Positions 12,595-26,289 of a stretch of DNA of 64,000 nt are shown here, piece after piece (within the stretch, counting starts at the first letter, position 1; each line of letters opens with the position of its first letter). Under the pieces are notes generated by a model that worked only from the letters and a program-made list of their open reading frames with translations, was not told the origin of the DNA and did not search any database. Both the position numbers and the translations under genes were made by a program. Source of the stretch: Squalus acanthias (Eukaryota); contig CM059428.1 of assembly GCA_030390025.1 (NCBI GenBank), positions 148,242,001 to 148,306,000 on the forward strand, in the 5' to 3' direction.

Positions 12595-13159
12595 CTGGAA
12601 AAATAAAACAGAAAACACAATAATATAAAATATTTCATCATAGCTTATTAGTGGGACTAATAGGACATCTCTTTCAAAGAGCCGACACAGGCACAATGAG
12701 GCGAATGGCCTCCTTCTGCTCTGTATGATTCTATCTCTGAGACTGATTGTTTCCTTTTTTATATTATCATATTTGGATTTGCTGTAAAAATAATAAAGTA
12801 TGTTTTGCATTCAGTTATCATTTCTCCACTCTTCTCCTCATTGTGCTGATTCACACACGGGTGCAATTCCACAGGTATGAACTGTCCTCTGGCACCTTGC
12901 CCAAGTGACCTAGAGAATGGCCAGGAAAGCTCTCGGAGCTGCTTTCATTCCGCTGGCGTTACTTCACCGGGCGTGCTGCAGTAACCTCATTGACGCGTGG
13001 AAATGAGGTTTCCTCCACACTTCCGGCGCGGTAATGTCGTTGGACCAGGAGCATATCCCGGCCAATGTGTTTGGGCTGATTGTTTGTTTGTGGGGAGCTT
13101 CACAGCTGAGCTTGAACAGGTTCGCATCCAACATCCCCACGTTCCAGCAAGGGAGCACT

Positions 13160-13696
13160 CTCCTGGCCGGTTTCAACCTCTTCCACCCTCATAAACTTAA
13201 GCTCATCCAAAACTCTTCTGTCAGTATCCTAACTCACACCAAATCCCCTTCAACTATCACCCCTGTGCTCGCTGACCTACATTGGCTCCTGGTCCAGCAA
13301 TATATCGATTTTAAAATTCTCATCCTCGTGTTCAAATTTATCTATGGCCTCACTCATCCTTATCTCTGTAACCTCCTCCAGCCCTACAACCCCCATCCCC
13401 CAGACAAGTCTGCGTTCCTCCGACTCTGGGCTCTTGTGCATCCCCCACTTCCTTCGCACTACCTTTGGCAGCTGTGTCTTCAGCCATCTAGGTCCTAAGC
13501 CCTGGTATTTCCTCCTTTAACCTCTCCGCCTCTCCACCTCTCTCTCCTCCTTCAAGACACTCCTTAAAGCTTAACTCATTGACCAAGCTTTTGGTCACCT
13601 GTCCTAATGTCTCCTTCTTTGGTTTGTGTACATTTGAAGTGCCATGGGATGTTTTATTACATTAAAGACATTATCTAGATGCAAGTTGTTGTTGTT
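13160..13696 (+). mobile_element. L2 LINE 3' fragment
   Basis: ORF segment KLKLIQNS...ITPVLADLHWL...IDFKILILVFK is typical of the L2 ORF2 C-terminus; tail gcaagttgttgttgtt. Confidence 0.85.
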
Positions 13697-15009
13697 GGAG
13701 TGCTGGATAGCGATCAAGAGCAGGAACCTTGCATGACTTTCCCTTCCCTAGCTCAGGGGCATATAGAAGCCAGTTGTAGCACAACTACTACTGACCCAGC
13801 TCAGATCAGTCAACACATACTGGAGGCTAAACCCAAATCCTTCTGGGTCAGTTCTACAGTATATTTACCAACTGAGCCATCAGGTTATTTTTCTTTTAAA
13901 CACTGTTTAATCCTTTTAGAAGTGCGGTAATATTTTCCTCAGAAATAACAAACAAGACACAGACGTTGACATCTTAAGTATAATAAAAGAAGAAATGCTC
14001 TTTTCTTCATGCATATATCAAATCTATCTTTGTTTATAGAGATTGTTCTCTGCTTTGGCATTTCTGAGATTATCTTTGGAACTGACAGCATCTCCTCAGA
14101 AAAGGGATATTGCGGCTTTAAAAGGTAAACTAGGCACACACAATATTGTCAGCAGTAATACAGGTTTTTAGTCTTCCAATCTTTTGACTGTTAATGTTAC
14201 AGTTCCACAGAAACATTCTTTCCTAGTTTTATTGCCAATTGTCAAAAATCCTTTCTGAGCCTCTCTCCACACTGAAACAAAAAAAAGTTTTATGATGAGC
14301 GGTAAAATGACAGAAACAGATGGCGTTCACAGTGCACGGTAGCCACATGTAGTAGAACAACCAGCAACACTCTTTGTTCTGATCAGAGGAGCGCCAAAGA
14401 AATCAAACGGAAAGAATTAAAGGATAAATGTTAAAATCCTCCACATGGTGTTGTAATATAAACCTTCTAACAATATTGAGAATGACACAGCCCCAGGTAC
14501 ATATTTAAACTGTCATGCCTAACCATATGTAGTTTCAAAGAGCTGGCTTGTCAGACGGTTGGACCTGCACATCAGAAACGGCTGTTTATACAATTTGCAC
14601 CATTTCTGTCACCTCGACATGATCCATTATGTCGCTGGCGGTCAGAAAAGAAGCAGTCCTTCCTGGTTGACGGCGTTAAAAGCTTTCACTGTAATTTTTG
14701 TTCAATAAAGGTCATAATTAATGCTGTCAGAATCTGAAACTTCATATGTTTTGCCTGAAAATTCTACTTTGAATCCCAGTCTTAGCTGAATCTGGCCTGC
14801 ATTAAGAGGCTTTTTTGTCAATTCTCCCCTGGGACACTAGATGGAGAGCAACATGACAAAGGCAGAAAAAACGGGCAGGTACAGTACTCACTGCTCAAAT
14901 GAACCATGACCCTTGTCGTATCCTTCAGCGTGATAACAACAACAACTTGCCCTTATATAGCACCTTTCAAGTGGTAAAACATCCCCAGGCATTACACCGA
15001 GGCAATGCT

Positions 15010-15330
15010 ACATTGCCAGAGGTGGTGTCATTCGGCTGAGACATTAAACTGAGGCCCTGACTGCCAATTCAGGTAGACGTAAAAGATCTCATTGCAGCAA
15101 AGAAAAGCAGGCCAACATTTCTCTCTCAATGAATATCACCATAAACAGAGTAATTGGCCATTCATCTCATTCACTACTTGTGGAAGCTGGCTGCTTGCTA
15201 ATTAGTTGCCATGCTTTTCCCTCAAAGCAACAGTGACTGGATACTTTAAAAAAAAACCTATTTGTTGCTTCTGAATTGCTTTGCGTTGTCCCGAGGACGT
15301 CATGAGATGTTATATAAATGTACGTTCACT
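15010..15330 (+). mobile_element. Deu-domain SINE, decayed
   Basis: gagacattaaactgaggccc...gacgtaaaagatc...tatataaatg. Confidence 0.7.
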
Positions 15331-15534
15331 CTTTATTTATCAGTCGCACTGATAGTTGTCCTATGCCCACTATGGGCTTCCCCTGCCAAACACACGGAGA
15401 CAGACATGCGGCAGTCCACATCACAGTGGGTTCATATTTCCTGCAATTCAATATCCAATTTTGCCCTTGAGTTGGCAAACCTAACTACAGTGTTGAAAAG
15501 ACCAGTAATAAAAACTCTCTTTCTCTCTCTATAA

Positions 15535-15557
15535 ATATATATATATATATATATATA
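15535..15557. repeat. (TA)n microsatellite
   Basis: tatatatatatatatatatata. Confidence 0.9.
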
Positions 15558-15899
15558 CTGCTTCCCCAGTAATGCAAAAACTCAAAAACATCTACCAAGA
15601 TATTTTAAATTCAAATCTAAACAAATCTAATAACATTTAAAAATATACGTTTTAAAGAGAAGCCTTTCTTTCCTCCAGCACTTCTTATGGCAGTGCTCGC
15701 AACATACAAATATACATCGCCATGGAGACAGGCCAAGCTTGCTCAAATTGGATTTACCATTTCAGTTTTTTCTCCCTCCTCTCCTGAAGGTGATGTCCCT
15801 ATGTTAGACTACTGATCCAGAGGTCCCAGCAATTGGTTAGTGAGTGCAGTAGTCAGCTGCGACAGGAGGCACCACAGCCAAGCCCAATCTTTTAGTCAA

Positions 15900-16590
15900 C
15901 AAGAACAACAACAACTTGCATTTATATAGTGCCTTTAACATAGTAAAGCATCCCTAGGCGCTTCACAGCAGCGTTATCAAACAAAATTTGACACTGAGCC
16001 ACATAAGGACATATTAGGACAGATGACCAAAAGCTTGATCAAAGAGATAGGTTTTAAGGAGCATCTTAAAGGAGGAGTGGAGGCAGCAAGGCGGAGAGGT
16101 TTAGGGAGGGAATTCCAGAGTGTTAGGGCCTAGGCAGTTGACGGCACGGCCACCAATGGTGGAGTAATTAAAAACGGGGTTGCTCAAGAGACCAGAATTG
16201 GAGGAGCGCGGAAATCTCGGCGTGTTGTCGGGCTGGAGGAGGTTATAGAGATAGGGAAGGGTGAGGCCATGGAGGGATTTGAAAACAAGGATGAGAATTT
16301 TAAAATTGATGCATTGCCGGACCGGGAGCCAATGTAAGTTAGCGAATACAGGGGTGATGGGTGAACGGGACTTGGTGCAAGTTAGTATATGGCAACAGGG
16401 TTTTGGATGAGTTTAAGTTTATGTAGGTTGGAAGATGGGAGGCCGGCCAAGAGAGTATTGGAATAGTCAAGTCTCGAGGTAACAAAGGCATCGATGAGGA
16501 TTGCAGCAGAAGAAGAGCTGAGGCAGGGGCAGATTCGGGCGATGTTACGGAGGTGGAAGTAGGCAGTCTTGGTGATGGAGTGGATATGCC
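15900..16590 (-). mobile_element. L2 LINE 3' fragment
   Basis: Tail aacaacaacaacttgcatttatatag, with body homologous to the 670-972, 13160-13696, 18155-18372 and 50500-50800 copies. Confidence 0.8.
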
Positions 16591-17125
16591 ATCATCAGTT
16601 CACCTCAAGTTCATACCCCTGTGCTTTCCTGCAAATGTCACTGAGTAACAAAAGCCCTGTCTGTTCTTTTTTCACATCCTCTAGCCTGGTTGCTGCTAAT
16701 TACATTCCCTCTACCGACACCACGGATGAGATCAGCTAACTCAACACAGACCATGAATCAAAATGGATTCAAATCCACATCTTTCCATTCTTATGTAATC
16801 TGTGCAAATTAGTGCAAGGGTTTTTGGTGGATTGCCCATCAGAGTTGAAGGCGACCATTTGCCATCCAATTCATTTTTTGAGCGATGTCTATAAAATAAC
16901 GAAGGGTGACATGATCTTGTCATTCATGTGGAAATGACTTATGAAATAACACTGGGCGGCCTGCTGGTGGCGCTGTCCAGGGAGAGTAAAAATACTCGGG
17001 CACGGGCCCAGTTTGTGCGGGACATTCTTAACAGGAATTAGTGAAGGACACAACTAGACCTCCATGTTGTAAAATAGTTGATTAAAGCTTTGTTTAACGC
17101 TTAGACCAAGTGCCTAGTAGTTTTC

Positions 17126-17625
17126 TTACATCAAAGGGACTAGGTTGTGTTTCTGTGGACCAATTATTTCTACTGAATAGGTTGGGGAGGACCAGGGGTC
17201 ACGCATACAAGTTAGAAGGGCAGAACTAGGTTGGATGTTAGGCGGATCTTCTCTTCCCAGAGAATAGTGGACCTGTGTAACAGGTTGCCGGCTCGTACGG
17301 TGAACGCTGATTCCTTCACCAGAAAGCTGGACCTGTTTCTGGCTGAGACGGAGATCATCTCGTGAAAGAGGTGGGAATCCTGTGATATAAATCAGGCTCA
17401 ATGTGATCTCCTGGACTAGTTTTGATCGCCTAAAGGGGTGGGAGAGGAACTTTCCAGATTCTTTCCCCCCTAATTGGCCTGGGGTTTGACTAGTTTTTCG
17501 CCTCTTCCAGGAGATTACCTGGCTCTGGGTGGGTGGGGAGTGTATGTATTGTGATGCTCTAGCCACCACAACTATATGGGACAGGCGAGATGGGCCAGTG
17601 GGTCTTTTTCTGTCCATCATTTTTG
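17126..17625 (+). mobile_element. CR1-group LINE 3' end with longer 3' UTR
   Basis: accaggggtcac..tacaag..ttctcttcccagagaatagtggacctgtgtaac and terminal gatgggccagtgggtctttt. Confidence 0.6.
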
Positions 17626-17639
17626 TACGTTGTTTATAG

Positions 17640-18146
17640 GTTGAAACGGATTTTAACTGCTGGCAGGTTTCTGGCAGGAAACCACGCTGGCAAATTAATT
17701 TCCCACTTGCCCGTGACCGAATGAAGCCCGGGCTATTCTAATGGCCAGGCCTCATTTAAATCCCGCTGGCCGACTTCCTGCCTGTTCTGGGTGGGAAGTT
17801 GGTGGGAAACACAAAACAAAATCACACAGTCCGGAGGCTCCTCCTAGCCCCACAGAGGAAAGAAAAAGCACCTACCTTTTTCCAGCTTCTGGAGCTGATC
17901 CTCTTCTGTTCCAGGCTGGCCTGGCAGGAAAGTCACAGCAGCCTCCCCACTCAGGCCTGAATTAAAATTGCATATGTAAAGAAGGACCCCACTGGCTATG
18001 GTCTGGTGTCCTTGCCGACTGCTCAGGAAAACAGGTTAAAATCATGGATGGTGGGATTCTAGCAACTCCAGTGCCGGCAAGTAACTTCGGGAATTTTAAC
18101 TGCCTTTCCACCCGGTTTCTGTCAGGTAGGATTACAATCGCCCCCT
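17640..18146. mobile_element. Decayed TIR-type repeat, related copy at ~31567-32225
   Basis: Shares gattttaac..., gcctcatttaaa...ctggcc.actt.c.gcctg and gttaaaat motifs with the 31.6-kb copy. Boundaries approximate. Confidence 0.45.
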
Positions 18147-18606
18147 TTGTATTGAACCCTCCCTAAACCTCTCTGCCTCTCCACCTCTCTCTTCTCCTTT
18201 AAGACTCTCCTTAAAAGCTGCCTCTTTGATCAAGCTTTTGGTCACCTATCCCCTGTCCTATTATCTCCTTCATTAGCTCGGTATCAAAGTTTCTCTGATT
18301 ACACTCCTGTGAAGCACAGTGGGGCATTTTACTAAGTTAAAGGCACTATATAAATGCAAGTTGTTGCTGTTGAACAGTGCTGCATTTTATTTACTTTGCC
18401 ATCTATGCTGCTGACAACATACTGTTTAGTTTGGTCTGTAAGGATTGCTGTTGAACATGGGCGTATGTACATGACCTAGAATAAACATTACAGTAGCACT
18501 TTCTCCGTGTAATTCTACTTAGCATGTCAACGTAGTGACATCTTCAGACTCTGAACAAAGAAGTCCACCCAAAACAATTTATGCCAATAGAGCAACTTCT
18601 ACTCAC

Positions 18607-18762
18607 TTTCTGATAAATTCTTCTGGACAATGGAATAGTTTGCCAAGAAGCCATCCCGAGCGATTGCAGTATCCGTGTGCAGCGTTAAAGACAGAATGCC
18701 CGTGAGTGACTGAATACGTTCAGGAGCGACCTGCCCACAGAAGCGTCCTATATGAAGACCAA
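18607..18762 (-). CDS. NRP1: Neuropilin-1-like, internal coding exon (equivalent to exon 5), C-terminal part of CUB2
   Basis: Translates to VGLHIGRFCGQVAPERIQSLTGILSLTLHTDTAIARDGFLANYSIVQKNLSE. Acceptor tatttcAG| and donor |GTgagt; 156 nt, in frame with the flanking exons. Confidence 0.95.
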
Positions 18763-18911
18763 CTGAAATAGAGAGAGAAAAACACATGAGTAAATCAGCG
18801 TTCAGATTCTCAGTTTTTTTGTGGGATGGGTGGAGAGGTTGCAGCAGTACACATTTAATAACAACTTCCATTTGTATAGTTAACAACCTTTCTTTAATTA
18901 TCTGATTACAA

Positions 18912-19490
18912 AGTATTTACAGCACAGAAACAGACCATTCGGTCCTACTGGTCTATGCCGGTGTTTATGCTCCACACGAGCCTCCTCTCACCTCCCTTCA
19001 TCTAACCCCATCAGCATATCCTTCTATTCTTTTCTCTCTCATGTGCTTATCTAGCTTCCCCTTAAATGCATCTACGCTATTCGCCTCAACTACTGCTTGT
19101 GGTAGCAAGTTCCACATTCTAACCACTCTCTGGGTAAAGAAGTTTCTCTTGAATTCCCTATTGGATTTATTAGCGACTCTCTTTATGGCCCCTAGATCTG
19201 GTCTCACCCACAAGTGGAACTATCTTCTCTACATCCACCCGATGAAACCTTTTCATAATAAGAACGTAAGAAATAGGAGCAGGAGTAGGCCATTCGGTCC
19301 CTCGAGCCTGCCCCGCCATTCAATAAGATCATGGCTGATCTGATCTTGGCCTCAACGCCACTTTCCCGCCCGCTCCCCATAACCCTTGACTCCCCTGTAG
19401 CTCAAATATATAATCTTCAAGACCTCGATCAGGTCACGCTTCAGTCTTCTCTTTTCTAGAGAAAAAAGCCCCAACGAGTTCAATCTTTCT
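18912..19490 (-). mobile_element. CR1 3' fragment with a nested second CR1 tail (~19257-19405)
   Basis: FFTQRVVRMWNLLP; internal taagaacgtaagaaataggagcagg tail. Confidence 0.8.
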
Positions 19491-19599
19491 TAATTCATTC
19501 TTAATGGAGCAACATTCTCCTGTAATATTATGTTTTCATCATCTAGGATGAATAATTGAACTGTCCAAAATAGCCTTAATGGGCGTGAAAATAAACGTC

Positions 19600-19815
19600 A
19601 GAACTTATTTTTTATTGAGAAACGTTGAGTGAAAGCCAAGGCCCATTAACACAGCATCAGCAAGGTTGCAAAGAGTAAGAGAGAAGAGATATGAAGTAGT
19701 ATATGTTAGCTGATACCAAGCTTGTCTTTTAAAAGACTGCAGATTGTAGGAGGGAAGGCAGTCTAAGAAAAATAATGAGTTCCACAGTTTTGAAGTCCTG
19801 GGAAATAACAATTTA
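19600..19815 (-). mobile_element. Ancient LINE C-terminal remnant
   Basis: FPRTSKLWNSL...YNLQSFK, a typical non-LTR ORF2 terminal motif. Confidence 0.5.
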
Positions 19816-21344
19816 GAGAAGGAGATTGTACGATGAGTCTTACGCCGGGAATTTGCTCAAGGCTTCTCCCGCTCCGCCATGTGTAATAGGGGTTGCCACC
19901 GAAGTTACGATGGCGGAGAGGGAGAAGCTCCAAGAAAATGAATCCATTTGATCATTACACAATGAAAGTACAGGCCAGACCTGTGGCTAGAGGTGGGGTA
20001 GTGTATTGGTGTATCAATGGCGCAGCAAAGTGTGAGTTTAAGTTCAAGATTCCCTCAGACAACAACCTCCCTAGTCATCAGTGGGGAATTGCTGAGTTGC
20101 AGTAGGGTTACATCCCCACGGAGAAAGAAGCAAAATTAAACGGTAGATCATCTGGGGCCTCTCTAACGCGCACATCAGGAGACCGTTCCAGAGTGACACT
20201 GGCAGAAGACTGAGAGCAGATCAGCTGCCTCCCCACCTCCCCCTCCTGGGCAGGAAATGGTACATAATCCAAAGAAATTAAAAGAGGAGGAAAAATAATA
20301 ATGATGGGATGAAAAAAATAGTTAACAACGTAAGGGGAAAAGAAATCACTAAATATCCCAGAAATTACCGTTTATTTCCAGAACTTCTCCCAGGATTGCA
20401 AAGGGTCACATAAACAAGAACGTGTCAGGAATTAGAAATGAGAAAACCTAGAAGCATTGAACTCTAGAGGCTGACATGTAAACCATGATGCAATGCTTTT
20501 GTGGATGGCGTTTATCCATAATATAATTTTCCAGTGAGGCAGTGTGGACACAAGAGTCACAAAATTACTCTTCTGTTTTGTCTGTTGTAAAGAAGGTACC
20601 TAAAAGGCTTATGGACTTATGGAGGATTCTTCCTGGCCTGCAAAATTCTAAGTGTAACGCTCATTGAAAAGGGCAACATCAGTACACATGGTGCGGGTAA
20701 CTCTTCAGACCCAAGAGAAGCTATGTCACATCAGAGCTGCGCGCTGAAGGCTGCCAAAGAACGGCTCCAAAGAGCAAAGCCGCCTTGGAGATTCAGGGCT
20801 GTAGAAAAACAAACACTGATAGTTCTGGTCACGTACTGTTCTGCTTGAAAAGCACTGCCTGAAAGTTTATTAAAATACTTCACAGTCTCTTTGAATTCTA
20901 ATCCTCCCCTCCTTTTCCCAGTAAAAAGGTTTAGATTAAAGATTCTTTGGTAGCACTCAATTTCAGTGAAAGTCACTGTAATTTCTTGCTTGGGTTTTGG
21001 GATTATCAAGCAAACCCAGTAAGGCGAGTTCATTTTTTTGGGGCTAGTTTCTTAAGGCATGTTGAACTACTGAGGGAAAGCGGAACAATGATGAGGAATG
21101 GTAATGTTTAAGATTGTGCACCCGTTGCTGTCCTAAATCGGCCATGTGCATTTAAAGCAGATGGTAAATGCCACAGCAGAAACAGCGAAGCGTAGAAATT
21201 GCTGTTTGCAAAATTAGCACATGATCGCTTAACATGTTCATATGAGACATTGATATGACATTCCTTTCTCCAGTGTTTTGATAGTCATTAACCCGTTTAT
21301 TTTAAAAGGGCTAACATCGCCCACAAAAAAATGCGGGGGTGGGG

Positions 21345-21518
21345 GGGGGTAATTTTGACTTTGTGCGATCGTGTAAAACGGGTGATAACGAATCGACAGC
21401 CCACTTTACACCTCTCCCGATTTTTATTTCCGTCGACTTCAATAGGGTGTGACGTAAAACGGTCTACCGATTCGCTATCACCTGTTTTACACTATCGCAA
21501 AAAGTCAAAATTCCCCCC
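21345..21518. mobile_element. Palindromic MITE (partial copies ~11815-11880 and ~29055-29155)
   Basis: aattttgactttgtgcgatcgtgtaaaacgggtgata pairs with tatcacctgttttacactatcgcaaaaagtcaaaatt. Confidence 0.75.
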
Positions 21519-22374
21519 TTGTTACTTAACCAGCTTATTATTTACCAAACTCAGTAAACGGCCTTGATTATTTCCATGAGATTGATATTTTCTCAAAACA
21601 TTCAGCACAGTTTCTCTCCTCGTAGCACGACACATGCACGGCAGCACTGGTAAGACATCCCACACGATACAGCGAGGGCTAGATCAAAACAAATAGTGGG
21701 AATTCTGCATGTTTGTAATGAATGCCATCTTGTTTTCATCATTATAGCTCGTATTAAATTCAGGTTCCAAACAGAGCCATCCCTGGCCTGTGAAAAGTAG
21801 TATTTCTGAAAACAACACCAGGATAACACTTTTATCCCAGGATAACACTGTCAAGGAGAACTGCTAGACTAACCAGTAACCAGCTACTCCAGGTATTGTT
21901 GTACATTTGAGGCTATTGCAGGGGCCTGCGGGGAAATCCTACACCACTGCTAGCAGAATATAAGTCGTAACTATTTGGTTTTATTACACTCTTGGGCTGC
22001 ATCAGACAAGATTTCTTCAGGCAATCTGTAGCATTGATTGTCTGCAACTTTTATTGAAAGACTGTGTATGCACAGGGCTGGGGATATTACCATAATCATC
22101 AGATTGTTTTCCATATTAAAATAACTCTGCTTATCTTGCTGTTCTTAGGTTCTGCTGATTGGGATGATTCTTAATATCAGCTTATTTGCATCATTTAGTG
22201 ACTTGATACCATATATTTCTGTTTAATTTCTCCTCAATCACTACATTCTCATACACAACTAATGATATGCAATTATATTAAAATATCAGCAATGGTCAAT
22301 ATATTGTAACATCCCTAGCTTTGTGTGAGAAGATAACAATTCCATAATCCCGTCGGCTACCAGTGAAACTGTTG

Positions 22375-23282
22375 CTGTTGCTCCATTGCCTATCCCAGTC
22401 CACTCACTATTGCTCCATTGCCTATCCCAGTCCACTCACTGTTGCTCCATTGCCTATCCCAGTCCTCTCACTGTTGCTCCATTGCCTATCCCAGTCCTCT
22501 CACTGTTGCTCCATTGCCTATCCCAGTCCACTCACTGTTGCTCCATTGCCTATCCCAGTCCACTCACTATTGCTCCATTGCCTATCCCAGTCCTCTCACT
22601 GTTGCTCCATTGCCTATCCCAGTCCACTCACTGTTGCTCCATTGCCTATCCCAGTCCACTCACTGTTGCTCCATTGCCTATCCCAGTCCACTCACTGTTG
22701 CTCCATTGCCTATCCCAGTCCACTCACTATTGCTCCATTGCCTATCCCAGTCCTCTCACTGTTGCTCCATTGCCTATCCCAGTCCACTCACTATTGCTCC
22801 ATTGCCTATCCCAGTCCTCTCACTGTTGCTCCATTGCCTATCCCAGTCCTCTCACTGTTGCTCCATTGTCTATCCCAGTCTGCTCACTGTTGCTCCATTG
22901 CCTATCCCAGTCCACTCACTATTGCTCCATTGCCTATCCCAGTCCTCTCACTGTTGCTCCATTGCCTATCCCAGTCCACTCACTATTGCTCCATTGCCTA
23001 TCCCAGTCCTCTCACTGTTGCTCCATTGCCTATCCCAGTCCTCTCACTGTTGCTCCATTGTCTATCCCAGTCTGCTCACTGTTGCTCCATTGCCTATCCC
23101 AGTCTGCTCACTGTTGCTCCATTGCCTATCCCAGTCCTCTCACTGTTGCTCCATTGCCTATCCCAGTCTGCTCACTGTTGCTCCATTGCCTATCCCAGTC
23201 CTCTCACTGTTGCTCCATTGCCTATCCCAGTCCTCTCACTGTTGCTCCATTGCCTATCCCAGTCCACTCACTGTTGCTCCAC
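22375..23282. repeat. 32-bp minisatellite, ~28 copies
   Basis: Unit ctgttgctccattgcctatcccagtccactca with cca/cct/ctg and tgt/tat variants; no spacers. Confidence 0.97.
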
Positions 23283-26200
23283 TGCAAAAGACCAAACAGT
23301 TTCAACAACTGCCTTTAACATAAAAAGCATTCCAAGGTAATTTACAGAGGGAGTTGAAACAAACAGATGCAAGGGAATAAAGGAATGGATGTAGAGCCAA
23401 GGTCGGAGAGTCAGAAGAGGTGATCGAAGCTCAGGTATTATACAGAGGGAATTTAACTGCCACAGTCTTGCACCAAATCTATCCTGACACAATATTGATA
23501 AGTTTATCTTTATAGATTGTCATAACAGGCTACAGAGGAAGCCAAACACACAATTCTCTTACGTGTACAGACTTTGTGCTCGGCTCGGTTTGCATTTGAC
23601 TGACAGTTCCTTTATGAATTTGAATGGCTGGTCATTCTTAATTCCTGGAAGTATTGTTTTCAGTGATATTAAAAGAGACTGATTCTGGAAAAATCTAATC
23701 GTTGATGAAAAATCCAATGAGAGGGACTGATTTTGAAATCTCAGAGAAGCAGGGAAGCTGTTTGAAAGTCTCAGAAGAGATTGGCTGATGTTCCTGAAAG
23801 GCAGGAGAAACTCTGTGGGACCAAAATCGCTTGAGCCCTCCGGTGCACTTCCAGCACACCTCCAGCAGGAGTGCAGCAAAAAGGGCCCAAAGATCTGCTG
23901 GGACCAGGATCTGCTGGATCATGACCGATGTGTCATGACTGGGAGTTTCCGCTTGCCTTTAAAGTGTTCAATTGACCCTTAACAGCAGTGAGCTAGGGTA
24001 GAGAAAAACCTTCTAGGGTTCCCCTCCTGATGCCAATTTTAATAACCCCTGCTGGAATGCGATCACGTGTGGACTTCAGGTGGGTTTGGCTAGGCTATGA
24101 TGCCTGTCATAGTGACACTCGAGGTTTACACGCAAAGAAGGGTTACTTAGGCAGGGTATCAGACAACGACTGGGACCTGTGGAACCGTACCTCAGCATGA
24201 ATCACTGCCTTCAGTAGAGCTGGGAGGAAATGGGGGAGTCTTTAGCTCAGGGCTACAATGGCCTTACTGCAGATTGTATATCTCGTCCTGTGCTCCTGCT
24301 TTGCCAGTATGCCTTGAGTACCGGTCCACACAGCAGGTCTGGTTTTAATTCCCATACGTGTTGAATAATATGCCCTGTATTATCAAGTTAAGAGAGTGCA
24401 ATTAGGAGTGACAGCCCTAACCCACTGTCAGACAATGCATGGTGTCAATCTAAGACACCACCATGGCCCTCAGCTCATGTGTCTCAGGCAGTCCTCAGGG
24501 GTCCCATAAACCAGTCCCAAGAACTATAAATTAGAAATCAACTATAAAAGACGTGGATTTGAAAGCATTACCAAGGAAGCTATCCCCTGCAATAAGTGTC
24601 AGCACAATTAGACATATGTAATGATGTAAATCCCAGAGAATGTTCTGGACCAGGAGTGACCCATAAAAGGTGCATTTATACTTTTATTACCCAGGAAGCT
24701 GTGTTCTGGAAGAAGAGAATATAGAAAGAAGACGCAATGAGAAAGTTTATTCCAATCCCCTTTTACACTGGCATTAGAGACAGCTGCATAAAACCACCCT
24801 TTAATTGCCAGTATAAACTCACTGGCCCTGGAATCGCTGGGATCCCAAGATGGCGCTAGGAGTGCAGCAGGTCAGATATTTCAGCCACTGACTCATCTGG
24901 CTACTGACGCCGTCGCAAATCCTGGGGACTGGGTCATCACAATAGGAACATAGGAACAGGAGTAGGCCATTCAGCCCCTCGAACCTGTTCCACCATTCAA
25001 TTAGATCATGGGTGATCTGTATCTTATCTCCATCTATCCTCTTTGGCTCCATAACCCTTAATACCTTTGCTTAATGTTTGTAATGGGTGTCCCACGGCTC
25101 TAGAAGTGTGACGGAGATGCCTGTCCCGAGCGCCCAGTGGAAAATTGGAATGGTGAGCGGCGCAAGATGCTTTTAACAGACCGAAGAAGAAACTGACAAT
25201 ATTTTTTCATTCCCTGAGTGAAAACTAGGGTTTCCATTTGGAAGTAAGTGATCCTCTCATTGCGCTGTAACATTTTGGGGGCCTTTGGAAATCCCGTATG
25301 GAGCCCATGTTTGCCTTTAGCAGTCGTGGAATCTGCTTGGATTAAAAATGGCTTCCTGGGTGTAATTCCCGGGGTAGTCCAGGAACAGCTCCAGATAAGC
25401 CGCCCCCCCCCCCCCCCCCCACCTCCACTCCCCTTAGGATTTCATGGAGGAAACAGTGCAGATTTAGGTTCCGCGCCAAATTCCTGTCCCTGTCCCGTGC
25501 CCGTGTTGTCCCCTCCCCCACCTCAAGAATTTCGGTCCCGCTGTTGTCCGCCATCCAAACTATCTTTAGACTGATACTGGCACAGAGAAACTTTCACTTC
25601 TGGGCTCGGCTTCACACAGCAAGCTGTTCAGAAGCAGTACAGTACAAACTGTCAGCAGTTCTACTGCTAACTATTAAAATAATGCACGTCAGCTGGGATC
25701 CTGGGTGTTTAACTGGACATCTCATATTCTACAATTACCTGTTCAAGTAAAAGAAAAATCTAGTCACTGGCAATTTTATACATTGCTTATTTGCTTATAT
25801 TTTCTAAATAAATCAATGTGCAAATACCAAATGTTAGTTATGAGTTCTATGAAGCACTTTCCTTGAGATCTGGTAAGCCTGGTGCAAGTTTTTATTCAGA
25901 AATTGTTGCCAGCGTTTTTTTTTAATAGCTTGTTTGCAATTACTTTTTCACATGGTTCCCATCCCGCCCAATCTGAAACACATTTACTACAAAGGCTTCT
26001 TTTTGAACCTTGTCAAACCTTAGGATTTTCCAGGCCATGGCTCGCATACTGCATAAAAAACTCCTTTCACATAAAAGTACCTACCCCAGAACATGCATGG
26101 AAAGAGCAATATTAACAGGAATGTTTCTGAATGGGTAAAAGGCTTAAGCCACTAAAATGATAGTAACATTGCAATGTTCTGTGGCAGGAGAAGACTATAG

Positions 26201-26289
26201 CACAAGATAGGTCTATCTTGCCTACCCTTCCTAACCACCCATCAGTTTTCTAAGCCTTGATTCTGGAAATAATAGCCCCATATCCCCTA

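Noticed and set aside
22363-23340. Three 300+ aa ORFs and a CRISPR-like 32-bp periodicity
   Set aside because: Head-to-tail minisatellite with no unique spacers and no cas genes. The ORFs are a by-product of a stop-free unit.
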